The notes under the pieces are model-generated. The model made no database searches and was not told the DNA's origin. It worked only from the letters and a program-made list of their open reading frames with translations. From Paramoeba atlantica (lineage: Eukaryota; Protista; Discosea): DNA of 64,000 nt. Location: NCBI GenBank assembly GCA_977017575.1, contig CDRNVI010000040.1, forward strand, positions 186,001 to 250,000. Reading direction: 5' to 3'. A program made the position numbers and the translations under genes. Of this stretch, positions 43,406 to 54,744 are shown one piece after another. How positions within the stretch are numbered: the stretch's first letter is position 1; every line of letters starts with the position of its first letter.

Positions 43406-45352
43406 ATGGTTGCATTTAGAACCCTACTCAAACTTTCTTCTATTTTGTCAGTTTGGCACATGGATCAGATCGCCTGCCAAGGACCCCAGGAAGAATTTCG
43501 TAGCTTTGGAATCCTGGGCACTCCGTTTCCGTCGACAAATTTACACTACGATGCAGTCTGCAAACAGTTTTGCAAAGCAATTAATTTACTCACGAAAGTA
43601 CGTTGTGGATACGCAGAGCCTACTCCAGATATGAAAGGGGTGATCGTCTACTGCAAAAGTAAGTACGACGTTGAGAGAATTCATAAGCTAGGAAAAATAA
43701 CCGTTGTCAATACAAAAATTCTCCTTGAACCTCTCAGTAGAACTTTCCTGGCAGAGCGGGCTACAAGATTGGTTCTCATTCGAAATCTTCCTACTGATGT
43801 ATGCGCGTTTTACACCAATTATTTACTTACGACTTCCCTGCGCAACCATTCTGAGGAGAGTCTTTCAGTCTACTACAACGCTAAAAGTGTGGGCCCTGAA
43901 GGTGTAACTGTCGCAGTGCACTTTCCCGAACATGAATTTCATAAATACAAACAGATTCAGCAAAAATTGAATCACAAAGAATTATTTGGTTGCGAAATCG
44001 AAGCAAGAATATTGAAACACGACGAATCAAACGTGAATGAAGGCTTCATTGAAAACGAAGATAGCAATATTTTGAGTAAGAAGAGTGATGCGCGGCGCGT
44101 GAACGCTATTCGAAAGAAGAAAGTACCAGAGGAAGTTTCATATGCACAAAGTCCAGTTGTCGAACTTCATATGTCACGTCCTTGCACAATGGAACAAGTA
44201 GAAGAAATTCTGGATAGCTATCCCTACTGCACGTACAAGAAAATTGTTTCTGCAAACACTAGTTCTCTCTCTGGCCATTCTATCCCCAAGTTATCTAAAA
44301 AGCAACTTTCGAAACCTTCCGCTGGTAAATCCAAGGTTTCACGCTACCATGTATTGCTGCACGATTGGTTTACTGCTTTATTACTTCGCTCCGCATTGCT
44401 GGCACCGGCCATTAGTCCGTCATCCCTGTGCGTGAAAGACGTATCTCTTCTCGGAAATATGACTTGGGACTCAATTCCACTTTCCTCGCATGGGCTCCCA
44501 GGCTCCCACCCCAATGATAAGCGCTACATTCTTTTTCTCTCCGGACTTGAAGGTGATATGGAGGTGATAATTAATCACTCTCTTCAAAGCTTATTTTCAG
44601 GGGCCTCATCTGAGATGGAAATACGCTCCATTGGGTTAACCACACAAACAGCCTTGCTTTGTTTCGAAAGTGAGCACAGTGCTGCACTGGTACATACGTG
44701 GAGGAGACCCTCGCTTTTGGGAATGCCTTTGGAATACACTATGATCCCACGCGAGTATGTTCCTATGAAAATTCCTTTATCGACACCAGAAAAGCCTTTC
44801 CGTCTTCGGTTCTTTGTACAGATAAACCCATCTTCCGCGGCAACTTATACCGAGAGTGTAGGACACGACCTCCTATCCTCTCTTGCGAATTTTCTTCGTA
44901 GGCGCGTCACAGGTCCCTTGGCTGGAGGATTTCTTACTTGCAGCTATGTTCAGGAGCGCGATTCCCATATTTTTTACGAAGACCAGAACGGGGATGAATG
45001 TCAAATATCTGAAAACCAAGATAAAACGAACTTACGTACGTTTGAGTATAGTATTTTATTTGTGCACTCAGCGTGTCCCGACGTTGCCGCAGTGCTTTCA
45101 CTCAGTTCCGACCGGAAGTCAAAGCTTTGGCGAAATCGTGACTCTGATAATGGAGAGCTTATCTCGGGAACTACTTCGCGAAAACGGAAGGTCGGATCTG
45201 ATTCGTGTGACGAAACACACCCTTTCAGCGCCACAAAACAATCATCGGATTATCCTAATGATAGTGCATCACTGCAACGGAAACCTCCACGCAGATTTAG
45301 TTGCTATTATGTACTCAACATGTACGTTCGAGGCGTAAGCGACACAATATGA
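43406..45352 (+). CDS. Hypothetical protein with degenerate RRM-like segments
   Basis: 648-aa ORF on the cluster strand; RLVLIRNLP, ILFLSGL and TALLCFESEHSA resemble RNP2/RNP1. Confidence 0.65.
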   Translation: MVAFRTLLKLSSILSVWHMDQIACQGPQEEFRSFGILGTPFPSTNLHYDAVCKQFCKAINLLTKVRCGYAEPTPDMKGVIVYCKSKYDVERIHKLGKITVVNTKILLEPLSRTFLAERATRLVLIRNLPTDVCAFYTNYLLTTSLRNHSEESLSVYYNAKSVGPEGVTVAVHFPEHEFHKYKQIQQKLNHKELFGCEIEARILKHDESNVNEGFIENEDSNILSKKSDARRVNAIRKKKVPEEVSYAQSPVVELHMSRPCTMEQVEEILDSYPYCTYKKIVSANTSSLSGHSIPKLSKKQLSKPSAGKSKVSRYHVLLHDWFTALLLRSALLAPAISPSSLCVKDVSLLGNMTWDSIPLSSHGLPGSHPNDKRYILFLSGLEGDMEVIINHSLQSLFSGASSEMEIRSIGLTTQTALLCFESEHSAALVHTWRRPSLLGMPLEYTMIPREYVPMKIPLSTPEKPFRLRFFVQINPSSAATYTESVGHDLLSSLANFLRRRVTGPLAGGFLTCSYVQERDSHIFYEDQNGDECQISENQDKTNLRTFEYSILFVHSACPDVAAVLSLSSDRKSKLWRNRDSDNGELISGTTSRKRKVGSDSCDETHPFSATKQSSDYPNDSASLQRKPPRRFSCYYVLNMYVRGVSDTI

Positions 45353-45676
45353 ATTCTTTATTCATAGTGTCCTTTGTGCTATGAATTTTTTGAAAATCGT
45401 TTCGTTGATAATATTGCATATAAAGTAATACCACGTTTTTGTGGAAGCAAGGTATAGAGTAAAAAAATAGAGTTTCATATTCTATTCTAAGTTTTGGCTT
45501 CAGCTTTTATCAGTTTGTTTTCACTAAAGTTTATGTATTAATTTACATTGTATATTGAGACTTAATGTTTTTTTAATTATAATAATAATATTTTTTAATT
45601 TCAATAATGTGAAATAATTGAAATGATAGAATTTTTCTTCTTTATATCCAATGGATGTTTTTAGACAAAAAGCCGA

Positions 45677-46780
45677 TTGAAAATTATCATTTCGGAAGTC
45701 ATATCTAAGCAGGAATTACGAGATTTCCTGCATACCTGTGTTCGGACAAATAGATGGGAACGAGCCATAGCAATCTTGAATAATCAAAATAAGCTACGAC
45801 CTCGGTGTTCTGTGCTGCTTTCCGTAAAGGGACTTCTTCCGTTACTTCTTTGCAAGAATCCGTCATGCGTTACAAACCTAATATTGCAGACAAGAAATTT
45901 TATACAAGCTTACGAGGAAAGAGTTTTGTTGCATGCGTGCTCGATGTCTGGCACACGAAGCAGTCCTCCTGGAAAGCCGTATCAAGGATATGTAAATCAT
46001 GCGACGATGTGCGGGTGGATATCTTCTTTGTGCTCTTACTTGCTTTTCAGTCTGTCATACATATGTCCCGATCAGGCTTTGGGTCTTGCGTGCAGACTCC
46101 AGAATCATTATCAACATTTTGGACTGAAAACATCTCCATGTCAAATTTCTCTGCAGTTCGCACTCTTAAGATCACTAGACACAAATTGCAGCCCTAAAGA
46201 AGTAACCAGGATGCTGCAAAGCTTTCCTTCAGAGAGAAAACTTCTGACTGTAGCTCTGCTTCGCCACTATTATCAGAACAATAACGTGGTAGAAACGATG
46301 GCTTTTTTTAATGACGCAAAAATGATGAAGTATGTTACATCTACTCATTATGTGTATTTAGGAGCCATAGCTCGGAGGCGTGAATATTGGATTGAGGCCT
46401 CCGAACTGATTCTAGAACACTCTGAGAAAGAAGAAATCTCTCGTTGCCCACCATTGGCTTGTACATTAGCGCGTACTCTATATAAAGGAGGTAATTGGAA
46501 CGATGCTTTGAAAATTTTGGTTACACCTTTTCAAGGAACAGTTGAAAAGTTTCTTAAAGCACTTCACTATACTTCATCTGCATCTTTCGATGGTGCCCCG
46601 CTAGCTCTTGGTGCACCTCCCTCAGATCCCATTCACCTGCATTTACGAAATATGCTTCGCGACGCGTTACTCATATGTAACAGAATGAACCAAAATATTC
46701 TCGCCAAGAAACTAAAGATTCGCGCCCAAAATTTACGTGTACTCGCTTCAAAAAGAGTTTTGCGGAACAACGAACAATGA
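45677..46780 (+). CDS. Hypothetical helical-repeat (PPR-like) protein; start uncertain
   Basis: 367-aa open frame with WERAIAIL, YWIEASELI and GNWNDALKIL helices; no in-frame ATG at the 5' end. Confidence 0.55.
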   Translation: MKIIISEVISKQELRDFLHTCVRTNRWERAIAILNNQNKLRPRCSVLLSVKGLLPLLLCKNPSCVTNLILQTRNFIQAYEERVLLHACSMSGTRSSPPGKPYQGYVNHATMCGWISSLCSYLLFSLSYICPDQALGLACRLQNHYQHFGLKTSPCQISLQFALLRSLDTNCSPKEVTRMLQSFPSERKLLTVALLRHYYQNNNVVETMAFFNDAKMMKYVTSTHYVYLGAIARRREYWIEASELILEHSEKEEISRCPPLACTLARTLYKGGNWNDALKILVTPFQGTVEKFLKALHYTSSASFDGAPLALGAPPSDPIHLHLRNMLRDALLICNRMNQNILAKKLKIRAQNLRVLASKRVLRNNEQ

Positions 46781-46989
46781 TCAAGCAATGATCACTGAAT
46801 TCGCATTATAACTACTACGGCAGACCCCCCAGTAAGAGAATAGTTTTTTGGTCAAAATAGCCAAATCTCTCTTCCTGGGGGGACATGCTTTCTTGACCAG
46901 CTTTCTCTTTTCTGTCAACTTTCGTGACAAATTTTCCTTATTCTTGTTTTCTCAAGGCGTGTTAGAACACATATTTGGGTGGGTTTATG

Positions 46990-47170
46990 CTGCGAGCTTC
47001 GCATTGAAAACTACCTCCGCGTTTAACGAAGCGACTAAAAAAGTAAATTTGGCCAGGAAAGCCGAAGAAACAGGAAGGATTTACATGTAAGCCAAAAATG
47101 ATGATTCTTAGGTACAAATGGGGCCATTTTCGCGTATTTGCTTTCAGAGCACTAAATCCTACATCTGCAC
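46990..47170 (+). mobile_element. Family H fragment (right arm of hairpin plus adjacent sequence)
   Basis: GCTTCGCATTGAAAACTACCTCCGCGTTTAACGAAGCGACTAAAAAA, then sequence homologous to the reverse complement of 9640-9760. Confidence 0.65.
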
Positions 47171-47900
47171 GTCTGGAGCCAAAGCGGACGCGGTGAGAGC
47201 GGTCATTCCTCGAGTTAGTTCACCTTGTACCAGGAGTTCTGCCGGAACTTCTGTTCGCATCACTCCAACATGAGTAGAAGCTGATCGTTGCTTTTCGAGG
47301 ACGCTAACTGCGTTCTCCCAGAGTGAGGCATAATCCCCGGCCTGTCAGCGAGTAGGATATACAATGTATGTTTCGACCTCCACGGTGAGTGGCGGGGAGC
47401 ACACACTTCGGCAGCATGGCCAACAGAGTCCAAGCGGTTATGGTGTTTTCTTTCGCTGCGGCGCAAAGCACGTCTGAACGCACGGCGGCCCATAGTTGCC
47501 GGCATCGATACGAAACATTTTTGCAAGTGTTAATCGAGGTAATGCACACCGTGGCGAGCGATGGTAAACTGTCTATGGCGTTGTCAGCTATGTCGGATGG
47601 TAAATCCTGCACTTGTTTTGACGTGGGTATAGGCGTGTTGATACTTGGGGTACAAGAGGTGAGGTGTGAGCTCTTCTTGACTAGGTCATAGTTTTTCCTC
47701 CATGAGGGGTAACAGAACCTCGGCGGTCCACCATTCCTCGGAAATGGTTTCACTGCGTCGCAGGGCGACGTGGTTGAAAAAAGCTTGCCATTGACCTGTG
47801 TGGGACGCCTAGCTCCAGGAACACCATTCAGCCGGGCATTCGCGGGTCTCGCTTGGCATCAGCTTCGAGAGTGTAGTTACACTGATGCTACTCGAGTGAA
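47170..47900 (-). pseudogene. N-terminal fragment of a second CRE-like retrotransposon family
   Basis: CPAEWC..FFNH..EEWW finger-like motif, AWTLLAMLPKCVLPATHRGG and LLVQGELTRGMTAL..ALAP pre-RT motifs; ends before the RT. Confidence 0.65.
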
Positions 47901-48118
47901 GGAGAACGAAGCGTTGATCTGAGTACGACTTTTTGCCCCCCCCACGGAACACTTCCGTCTGCTTGCCGTGCAGGGTCCATCCCGTGTTGGCTTCCAGTTC
48001 TTGGGACGCTTACACAAGAACAATAAAAGCAGATATTTTAGATTTTCCCCTACTTTCTTCAAATTTTGCACCCCCCCTTATTTAATAGTCCTTTTTCCCG
48101 AAAAGCGGTAACAATTAA

Positions 48119-48661
48119 GAGAGTTGAAACCTGTTAAGTTTTGCCGGGTTTTGCCAGGTTTTGCCAGGACACCTATTTTGGGGGGTGTCATTTTGGGAGA
48201 CGTGTCACGGCTTCAAGAAGGGGTATCTTGTGAAAACAACGGCGTAGAAAGCTAGTATAGGTCCCCAACTCTCAAACTACTACAGGTGAAACGATTTTGA
48301 AAAACTATTTTTTAAGCCATATTTTTCGTCAAGTTGACTTTTTTTTCAATTTTCTTTTCAGAAAAAACAGAACTTGGCGGCCCCGTACTGTTGATACTAG
48401 GGGGAGTCGTCCTCGAGTACGGAGGTAGAAAATGTGCGCGAAGACCTGTGCTATCCCGAAGATGTGCTATCCTTTCTGGGGGTTTATTTCGAAAAACATT
48501 TTTTTCAAAATTTTCATTTTTTGTGGCGCGAAAATGTTATGCAGCGCACGATGGAGACCAAGTATGTTCTTCACTATTTTTGACAAAGTACTTTTCTTCG
48601 CCACGTCAATGAGGAATATGCGGGTTTTGCCAGGTTTTGCCTTTCATAGGTTTCAACCCTC
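48119..48661. mobile_element. Tourist/PIF-Harbinger-like MITE, 543 bp
   Basis: TIR GAG(A/G)GTTGAAACCT, flanks TAA/TAT, GTTTTGCC(A/G)G repeats; second copy at 61094-62073. Confidence 0.75.
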
Positions 48662-48885
48662 TATGTGGGGGGGTACAACATTTTCGAGCCCCATTAAATG
48701 TCTAAAATGCCTAGAAATACCATTTTTACTTGTCAATAAATTTGTGAATAATAACAGGGGCGTTTACGTTTCTAGCCCCTTTTGATTTTTGATGTGAATA
48801 TTTTGGATAAGAATGATATTGTGATAAGAATAATACGTTGAGGTTCTTTTATATGTCGGACCGATTTTCAGACTAAGACTGCCAC

Positions 48886-50205
48886 ATGGGGTCAAACACT
48901 CACTTCCGGATTTCATGTCCTGGAAAAGTACTCATTGTGGGGGGATACGCGATTCTTTATCCAGAAAACAAGGGGCTTGTACTTACCACCTCTGCTCGTT
49001 TCTACTCTGATATAACGACAAACTTGAGTCAGAACTCAACGGGATACATTGAAATACGCTCAAGTCGCTTTGACACAGTGTACGCTATAAAGTATAATGC
49101 CAAGGGTATTATGTGGCGCGTTTCGGAGGCAACCAATGTGTACGTGGAGTATGTGGTAACATGCATAGTAACATACGTGGTGGCATGGCATAAGCTACAT
49201 GAAAAAGACGTGCCCTTGCGTTTCATTACTGTTGATCTCAATGCGGATGACGCTTTCTACGGTGCTAGACGCGAGGTGGATCAGGAAATTTTTAAAAAAG
49301 ATGGCGCTTCCTTTCACAAAACAGGAATTGGGTCAAGCGCTGCTCTAACGGCTAGCCTGACGGGCGCTCTTCTGTATACCTTCTTTCCGTCTGAAAATGA
49401 GACAAAGTTTTCAGATCGATTTCTTGAGGATGCTCACGTTCTGGCGCAATTGGCTCATTTTCAAGCTCAAGGTGGGAAAGGAAGTGGATTTGACATATGC
49501 AGCGCAGTTTACGGGACTGGCATTTATCGGCGCTTCAGTCCTGAAATTTTCTCCGGTGTTTCATTTCGAAAGCTAGAGAGTTCGATATCATTAGAGAATT
49601 TCTTCAGATCATATCTTTGCGGCAATGTTCGACTCGATCACTACCATGAGCAAAAAAATCATGGATCTTTTTCCAGCGAAAGGGAGGATGGAAAGGACAC
49701 ATCTATTCACATTGTCTTAGCTCAAGCAGGAGAAGGCTCTTCCACAAGATCAATGGTACATTCTGTTATGAAGCACTTACAAGAACACCCCAACTCTACT
49801 GCATGGGCCTCTTTGGTTAAGGCAAACCACGAGTTCATGGAGCTTTGGGGGCTACTGGAGACTTCATGTTCCACTTCGTCCGAAGAAATTTGTATTCACA
49901 TGCAACGCGTGTTTCGTAGAATTCGTGAAAGTCTACGTGCTCTTGGTCTCGGTGCTAAATGTCCCGTGGAACCCTTAGAATATGAGGCCGTATTGAACTG
50001 TATATCGGATATAAAAGGCGTCATATGCGCAGGATGCCCCGGATCAGGTGGCTACGACGCTATATTTGCAGTTGTAAAAGGTTTAGAAAATAAGCGCTTA
50101 GTACAACACTTTCTCAGTCATACTGTGGAAAATCAATTACCTGAATTTAAAATTATTCGTGCTGATCTTGGAAACAAAGGTATTGTGATGGACAAACTGG
50201 ACTAA
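48886..50205 (+). CDS. Phosphomevalonate kinase (ERG8/GHMP type)
   Basis: SCPGKVLIVGGY, KTGIGSSAAL, AHFQAQGGKGSGFD, PGSGGYDA. Confidence 0.92.
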   Translation: MGSNTHFRISCPGKVLIVGGYAILYPENKGLVLTTSARFYSDITTNLSQNSTGYIEIRSSRFDTVYAIKYNAKGIMWRVSEATNVYVEYVVTCIVTYVVAWHKLHEKDVPLRFITVDLNADDAFYGARREVDQEIFKKDGASFHKTGIGSSAALTASLTGALLYTFFPSENETKFSDRFLEDAHVLAQLAHFQAQGGKGSGFDICSAVYGTGIYRRFSPEIFSGVSFRKLESSISLENFFRSYLCGNVRLDHYHEQKNHGSFSSEREDGKDTSIHIVLAQAGEGSSTRSMVHSVMKHLQEHPNSTAWASLVKANHEFMELWGLLETSCSTSSEEICIHMQRVFRRIRESLRALGLGAKCPVEPLEYEAVLNCISDIKGVICAGCPGSGGYDAIFAVVKGLENKRLVQHFLSHTVENQLPEFKIIRADLGNKGIVMDKLD

Positions 50206-50562
50206 GAGGCTACACCGCGGAGCACCGCAGCCATCCGTAATACGAGAACGTTATCCTTAACGAACGAGCTTTCGGGGAATTCTTCCTCAGATTTCGAGGA
50301 ATTCTTCACAGCCATAAAAAAGTATGTCAGAAAGTAATATTCTGAGCAACTACATTTTCATGAGCTTTATCCCATAGTTTCTTATTATTTAGCAATGACT
50401 ATTTTATCGTATACAATATTACAGTGCAATGTAATCATATGCAATGTTATTGTTTGGCTGAATTGTCTTGTTGATTCACCTTAATAGATGCCTTTCTTTT
50501 TATTTATCGGTTTCATATAACCATCAGAGCGGCAGGAATGGGTTAACGTGGCCGCTATTTCC

Positions 50563-52404
50563 ATGGGATCTTTTTTATCAAAAGCTACGATCACACCTTC
50601 CGAATTGTATAGCGCAAGTGCAGCGAGTACTCCCCATGTGGAAAGGCGTCATATCAATGTAGACCTCTGCGCAGAAGAAGAAACAGACATTACAGATCCC
50701 ACACTTTCTTCCACCAGAAACAACTCCCCAATAGAAATAAAAGATGCGGACCTGATCGGCAATGATTTATGCACCACACCAATAATAGGCGGAGAGGATA
50801 CTTTTTATGCGTACACTACGTACGAAACCAAGTTTCAGACTAGTTTACATGCGTGCGATAACAAAGTAGATCTGATTGATAACTACCGTCAAAAACAAAA
50901 AACGGTTGACACAGTTGAAGGTAATAAACTTAATGGGGTAGAGAAGTCACTTTTTCGACATTCTAGAGTACATCCTCTTAGGGGGTCTCATACTTCTGCG
51001 TTGAATTGCCGCAGCGATACTCGTGACGACGATCTACGAACAGAACGAACGGACCCTATCACGGGTGCCACGCCTCCTTCTAGCCCGCGATCTTCGCGTG
51101 GCTGGGCACTGCTTCGGAGTGTCGATGATCAATGCTATCCTTCTTTTTTAATCGAGAGCGACGTCTTCCGATTTGGCAGAAATGCGAATATGGAAGGTAC
51201 ACTGACTAAGTACCGTCAAATTAGCAGTGTACATTTTACTATTACGCGTCACAGGTGTCGTGCGAACGTAGAACCGGAAGTTGAACTGTACGACCAGAGC
51301 AGCAATGGAACGATAGTAAACAATCTTTGCATTCACCAAGACAAGTACGTTAAGCTTCGCAACGGGGATCACATTGCTGTTGCGGTGATGGATCCGCAAA
51401 AAAAATATTTAAAATGGACCTTTTTTATTAATTCGGTTGTACACCGCGCACTACTTGAGCGGCCGCTAAGTACGAGACGATGTCGAGAGTATAAAGTAAG
51501 TGCTACCTCACTTGGAAAGGCACGCACGGTTGTACAAGGAGAAGATGTAACGACGGGAGAGATCGTGGCCATTAAAAGAATATCGCGTTCAACTTCGAAT
51601 CTTTCGAACTGTGAGCGAGAAATTTCTATCATGACAACGCTGCATCATGATAAAATAGTAAAATACTTGGGGTGTCGTATTTTTCCAAAATATGCACTGC
51701 TCTACATGGAATGGTGCGAAGGAGGCTCTCTGAGGTCCCGTATTGATGCGAATCGTGGAAGGCACTTGCGCCCTTCTCTGCTTGCACGACATGTACAGCA
51801 ATTACTGCTAGGACTTCGATACTTGCACAGTCGAGGAATATGTCACAATGATATTAAAGCATCGAATATTTTGTTTACGAAGCGAAACGAGCTAAAAATA
51901 TCTGATTTTGGCCTCAGTTGGTCCAAGCACTCTAGTGTTGAGATGCCAACCTTGGGAAGCGTGCTTTGGGCGGCTCCCGAAATTCTGAGAGAGCAACCTT
52001 ACAGTTTTAAAAGTGACGTCTGGTCGTTAGGGTGTACTATTATCGAAATGCTCACAGGTTTGCTTCCCTGGAGTGAGATTTCTGATATTCTGACTTTGAC
52101 TCCCTACGAGGCCAAGTGGCGCATCTTAAAAGAAAACAGGCCCCCTTTCTACCCTTCTGATATTTTGGATACCAACGGCACCGCATTTCTTGAAAGTTGT
52201 CTAAATTTAGACCCTGGTAAAAGGCCGGAGTGCAACACCTTGTTAAATCACTCGTGGTTAGATTTTGAGCACTGCGATGAGCCTTCTGTCAATGTTAGTC
52301 TCTCGAGCGTGGCGCTAACTTCGTCCTGGTACAGTCCAACAGGTTCTATTAGACTTGGATCAGAGTGCAGCGAAGGAATCGCATTACCTCCCTCATCTTC
52401 ATGA
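50563..52404 (+). CDS. FHA-domain serine/threonine kinase (STE-like catalytic domain)
   Basis: FRFGR..ISSVHF..DQSSNGTIVN FHA; VAIK, HNDIKASNIL, DFG, GSVLWAAPE, DVWSLGCTIIEMLTG. Confidence 0.88.
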   Translation: MGSFLSKATITPSELYSASAASTPHVERRHINVDLCAEEETDITDPTLSSTRNNSPIEIKDADLIGNDLCTTPIIGGEDTFYAYTTYETKFQTSLHACDNKVDLIDNYRQKQKTVDTVEGNKLNGVEKSLFRHSRVHPLRGSHTSALNCRSDTRDDDLRTERTDPITGATPPSSPRSSRGWALLRSVDDQCYPSFLIESDVFRFGRNANMEGTLTKYRQISSVHFTITRHRCRANVEPEVELYDQSSNGTIVNNLCIHQDKYVKLRNGDHIAVAVMDPQKKYLKWTFFINSVVHRALLERPLSTRRCREYKVSATSLGKARTVVQGEDVTTGEIVAIKRISRSTSNLSNCEREISIMTTLHHDKIVKYLGCRIFPKYALLYMEWCEGGSLRSRIDANRGRHLRPSLLARHVQQLLLGLRYLHSRGICHNDIKASNILFTKRNELKISDFGLSWSKHSSVEMPTLGSVLWAAPEILREQPYSFKSDVWSLGCTIIEMLTGLLPWSEISDILTLTPYEAKWRILKENRPPFYPSDILDTNGTAFLESCLNLDPGKRPECNTLLNHSWLDFEHCDEPSVNVSLSSVALTSSWYSPTGSIRLGSECSEGIALPPSSS

Positions 52405-52626
52405 GAAACACGAAATAGTAAAGGTAAACGCTTGATAGTAAGGTAAAAGCAATTTATTCTCATGTGCATTATTTTCAAAATAATATTTTGTGAGCTTGGG
52501 ACTTCGTCCTTTTAAGGCTTCACTTCATAAGGTTTTTACTTCATTTCCTCTATCTGTGGCGGCATCTTGATTTGTTACCACCGTTTTTGATTCTTTGGAT
52601 ATCAATTACAACGTTTTTTTCTAGCC

Positions 52627-54132
52627 ATGAATCCAAGCACGGCATCAAATGCCTTTTCATTGGCGAAACGTTCTTTCTTATCTGGAAGTAATCGACGTAT
52701 AAAAGAGCGCATGAAGAACTTGAGCACTCTACGCGCATGCTTACAACAACATCGTGACGAACTTCTTAGTGCGCTTTATAAAGACTTGCGTCGAGCTCAG
52801 AATGAAAGCGCGTTGTTAGAAATAGATTGGTGTGTCGCCGAGATCAACAGTATGCTCAAGAATCTGCACACATATTCTACACCGGAACGATTTTCGTGTT
52901 ACCAAAAGCCCTTATTGAACATTCTTGACGATGTTTACATTTCTCCTCAGCCCAAAGGGGTTGTACTGATTGTTGGTCCTTGGAATTATCCGGTCCGTAC
53001 CTTAATTGGGCCCCTTATTGGCGCTATTGCAGCAGGCTGCGTAACTGTGCTGAAACCTAGTGAGGTTTCTGCTCATACAACAGACTGTTTGAAAAGGATT
53101 ATTTCTCATTCCTTACCTTCTGAAGTGGTACAAGTCTGTCCAGGAGACGCGCAACTTGCGGAGCAACTGGTAGACCAAAACTGGGATCATATTTTCTTTA
53201 CCGGAAATAAAACTGTTGGATCTCATGTAATGATGACGGCAGCAAAATATCTGAGCAGTGTGACACTTGAACTGGGTGGGAAGAATCCCTGTATCGTAGA
53301 TTGTGGAATAGATATGGAAGTCGCGTGTCGTCGAATCGCTTGGGGGAAATTTCTAAACGCAGGTCAAACCTGTGTTGCTCCCGATTATGTGTTGGTCCAC
53401 CAAAATATGACTGAGAAATTTATACGAAATGTTAAAAAAACATGTGAGGAATTCTTCAGCAAATACGTGGAAAAGTGTCCTCACTATGGACGCATCGTTA
53501 ATGTGAAACATTTTGACCGGCTTAGCCGTCTACTTCAGTGCGGAAAAGTTGTCTTTGGGGGAGATACAGATAGAGACGATCTATACATTGCACCGACCGT
53601 GATAATTGATGCCCAAGAGGGGTCAGAGCTCTGCTTTGAAGAGATATTTGGTCCTATACTACCAGTCATATCGTTTGCTTCTTGGCAAGAAGTTTTAGAC
53701 ATTGTACGAAAAAGAGCAAATCCATTAGCCGTGTATCTTTTCACATCAGATGATTGTACTATAAAAATGTTTGAAGATACGGTACCTTCCGGTGCTTTAG
53801 TAGTCAATGACGTTATACTTCAGTGTGCATGTCCTCTTCTGCCATTCGGAGGTATACGCACCAGTGGAATTGGGGCATACCAAGGTAAATATTCTTTTTC
53901 CGAATTCTCTAACTATAAATCTATACTGAAACGTACCACGAAATTAGAATTCATAAATTACCTTCGGTATCCACCCATTACCTTTAAAAAATATTTTTTC
54001 CTTTATTCGCTCCTATTTGCTGACCGTTTTCGCAATTGGGGTAATTTAAAATACTGGCAAGGTTGCTGTGCACTTTGTCTAGCACTAATTGCGGTTTTCT
54101 GCACAAGTAAGTTACTATCTGGATTAATTTGA
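52627..54132 (+). CDS. Aldehyde dehydrogenase family 3 (fatty aldehyde dehydrogenase-like)
   Basis: PKGVVLIVGPWNYP, LKPSE, IFFTG, TLELGGKNP, NAGQTCVAPDY, EEIFGP, PFGG..SGIG; hydrophobic C-terminus. Confidence 0.95.
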   Translation: MNPSTASNAFSLAKRSFLSGSNRRIKERMKNLSTLRACLQQHRDELLSALYKDLRRAQNESALLEIDWCVAEINSMLKNLHTYSTPERFSCYQKPLLNILDDVYISPQPKGVVLIVGPWNYPVRTLIGPLIGAIAAGCVTVLKPSEVSAHTTDCLKRIISHSLPSEVVQVCPGDAQLAEQLVDQNWDHIFFTGNKTVGSHVMMTAAKYLSSVTLELGGKNPCIVDCGIDMEVACRRIAWGKFLNAGQTCVAPDYVLVHQNMTEKFIRNVKKTCEEFFSKYVEKCPHYGRIVNVKHFDRLSRLLQCGKVVFGGDTDRDDLYIAPTVIIDAQEGSELCFEEIFGPILPVISFASWQEVLDIVRKRANPLAVYLFTSDDCTIKMFEDTVPSGALVVNDVILQCACPLLPFGGIRTSGIGAYQGKYSFSEFSNYKSILKRTTKLEFINYLRYPPITFKKYFFLYSLLFADRFRNWGNLKYWQGCCALCLALIAVFCTSKLLSGLI

Positions 54133-54247
54133 AAGCTACGTATTGTATCTTTGGGAATCTGAATATCTTACCTAACACATGAAGTTTTGTTAAATCTCTT
54201 TTCTAGCTACGATGTAAATTTAAACGGCACTTTCGGGGCGACTCATT

Positions 54248-54735
54248 TCTTTTTTAGGCTCTTCGTTAAACGCGGTGGTTGTTTTCAACTTAGAAGTCAC
54301 TCATGCTGCGTGCTTCGCGTTGAAAACTACCACCGCGTTTAACGAAGAGCCTAAAAAAGAAAAATCGCCAAAAGATCAAGAATAATCTACTTTTTTGGGG
54401 GGAAAAGCTCGATTTTTCGGCAAAAACTGCGAAATTTTACACCGAATTTGGGCCGTTTTGGATGCCTTACCAGTAGGGGTAGGAGGCGAATCTGACGAAA
54501 AAGACGTCGTAGAATGGTAGCTGAGGTCCCAAACTCCTAAAACATGTTTTAGGAGTCGATTTTGGAAAAATAATATTTTTACTTTTTTTTGGGTCAAAAA
54601 AAAAAAAATTGTCACCCCAAAAATTTCGGAAACTTTGACCTTGTCGGACCCCTCCCGCGCGTACCAGGGGGGGTACCCCCATGGGGGGGGGGGAATTATC
54701 GCCGCGGTCTACTCTACCACTTCCCTGCGCTTGAT
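54248..54735 (+). mobile_element. Family H copy, left part
   Basis: 113-bp palindrome 54248-54360 plus about 375 bp aligning with 16970-17345. Confidence 0.72.
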
Positions 54736-54744
54736 TTTCTATTA

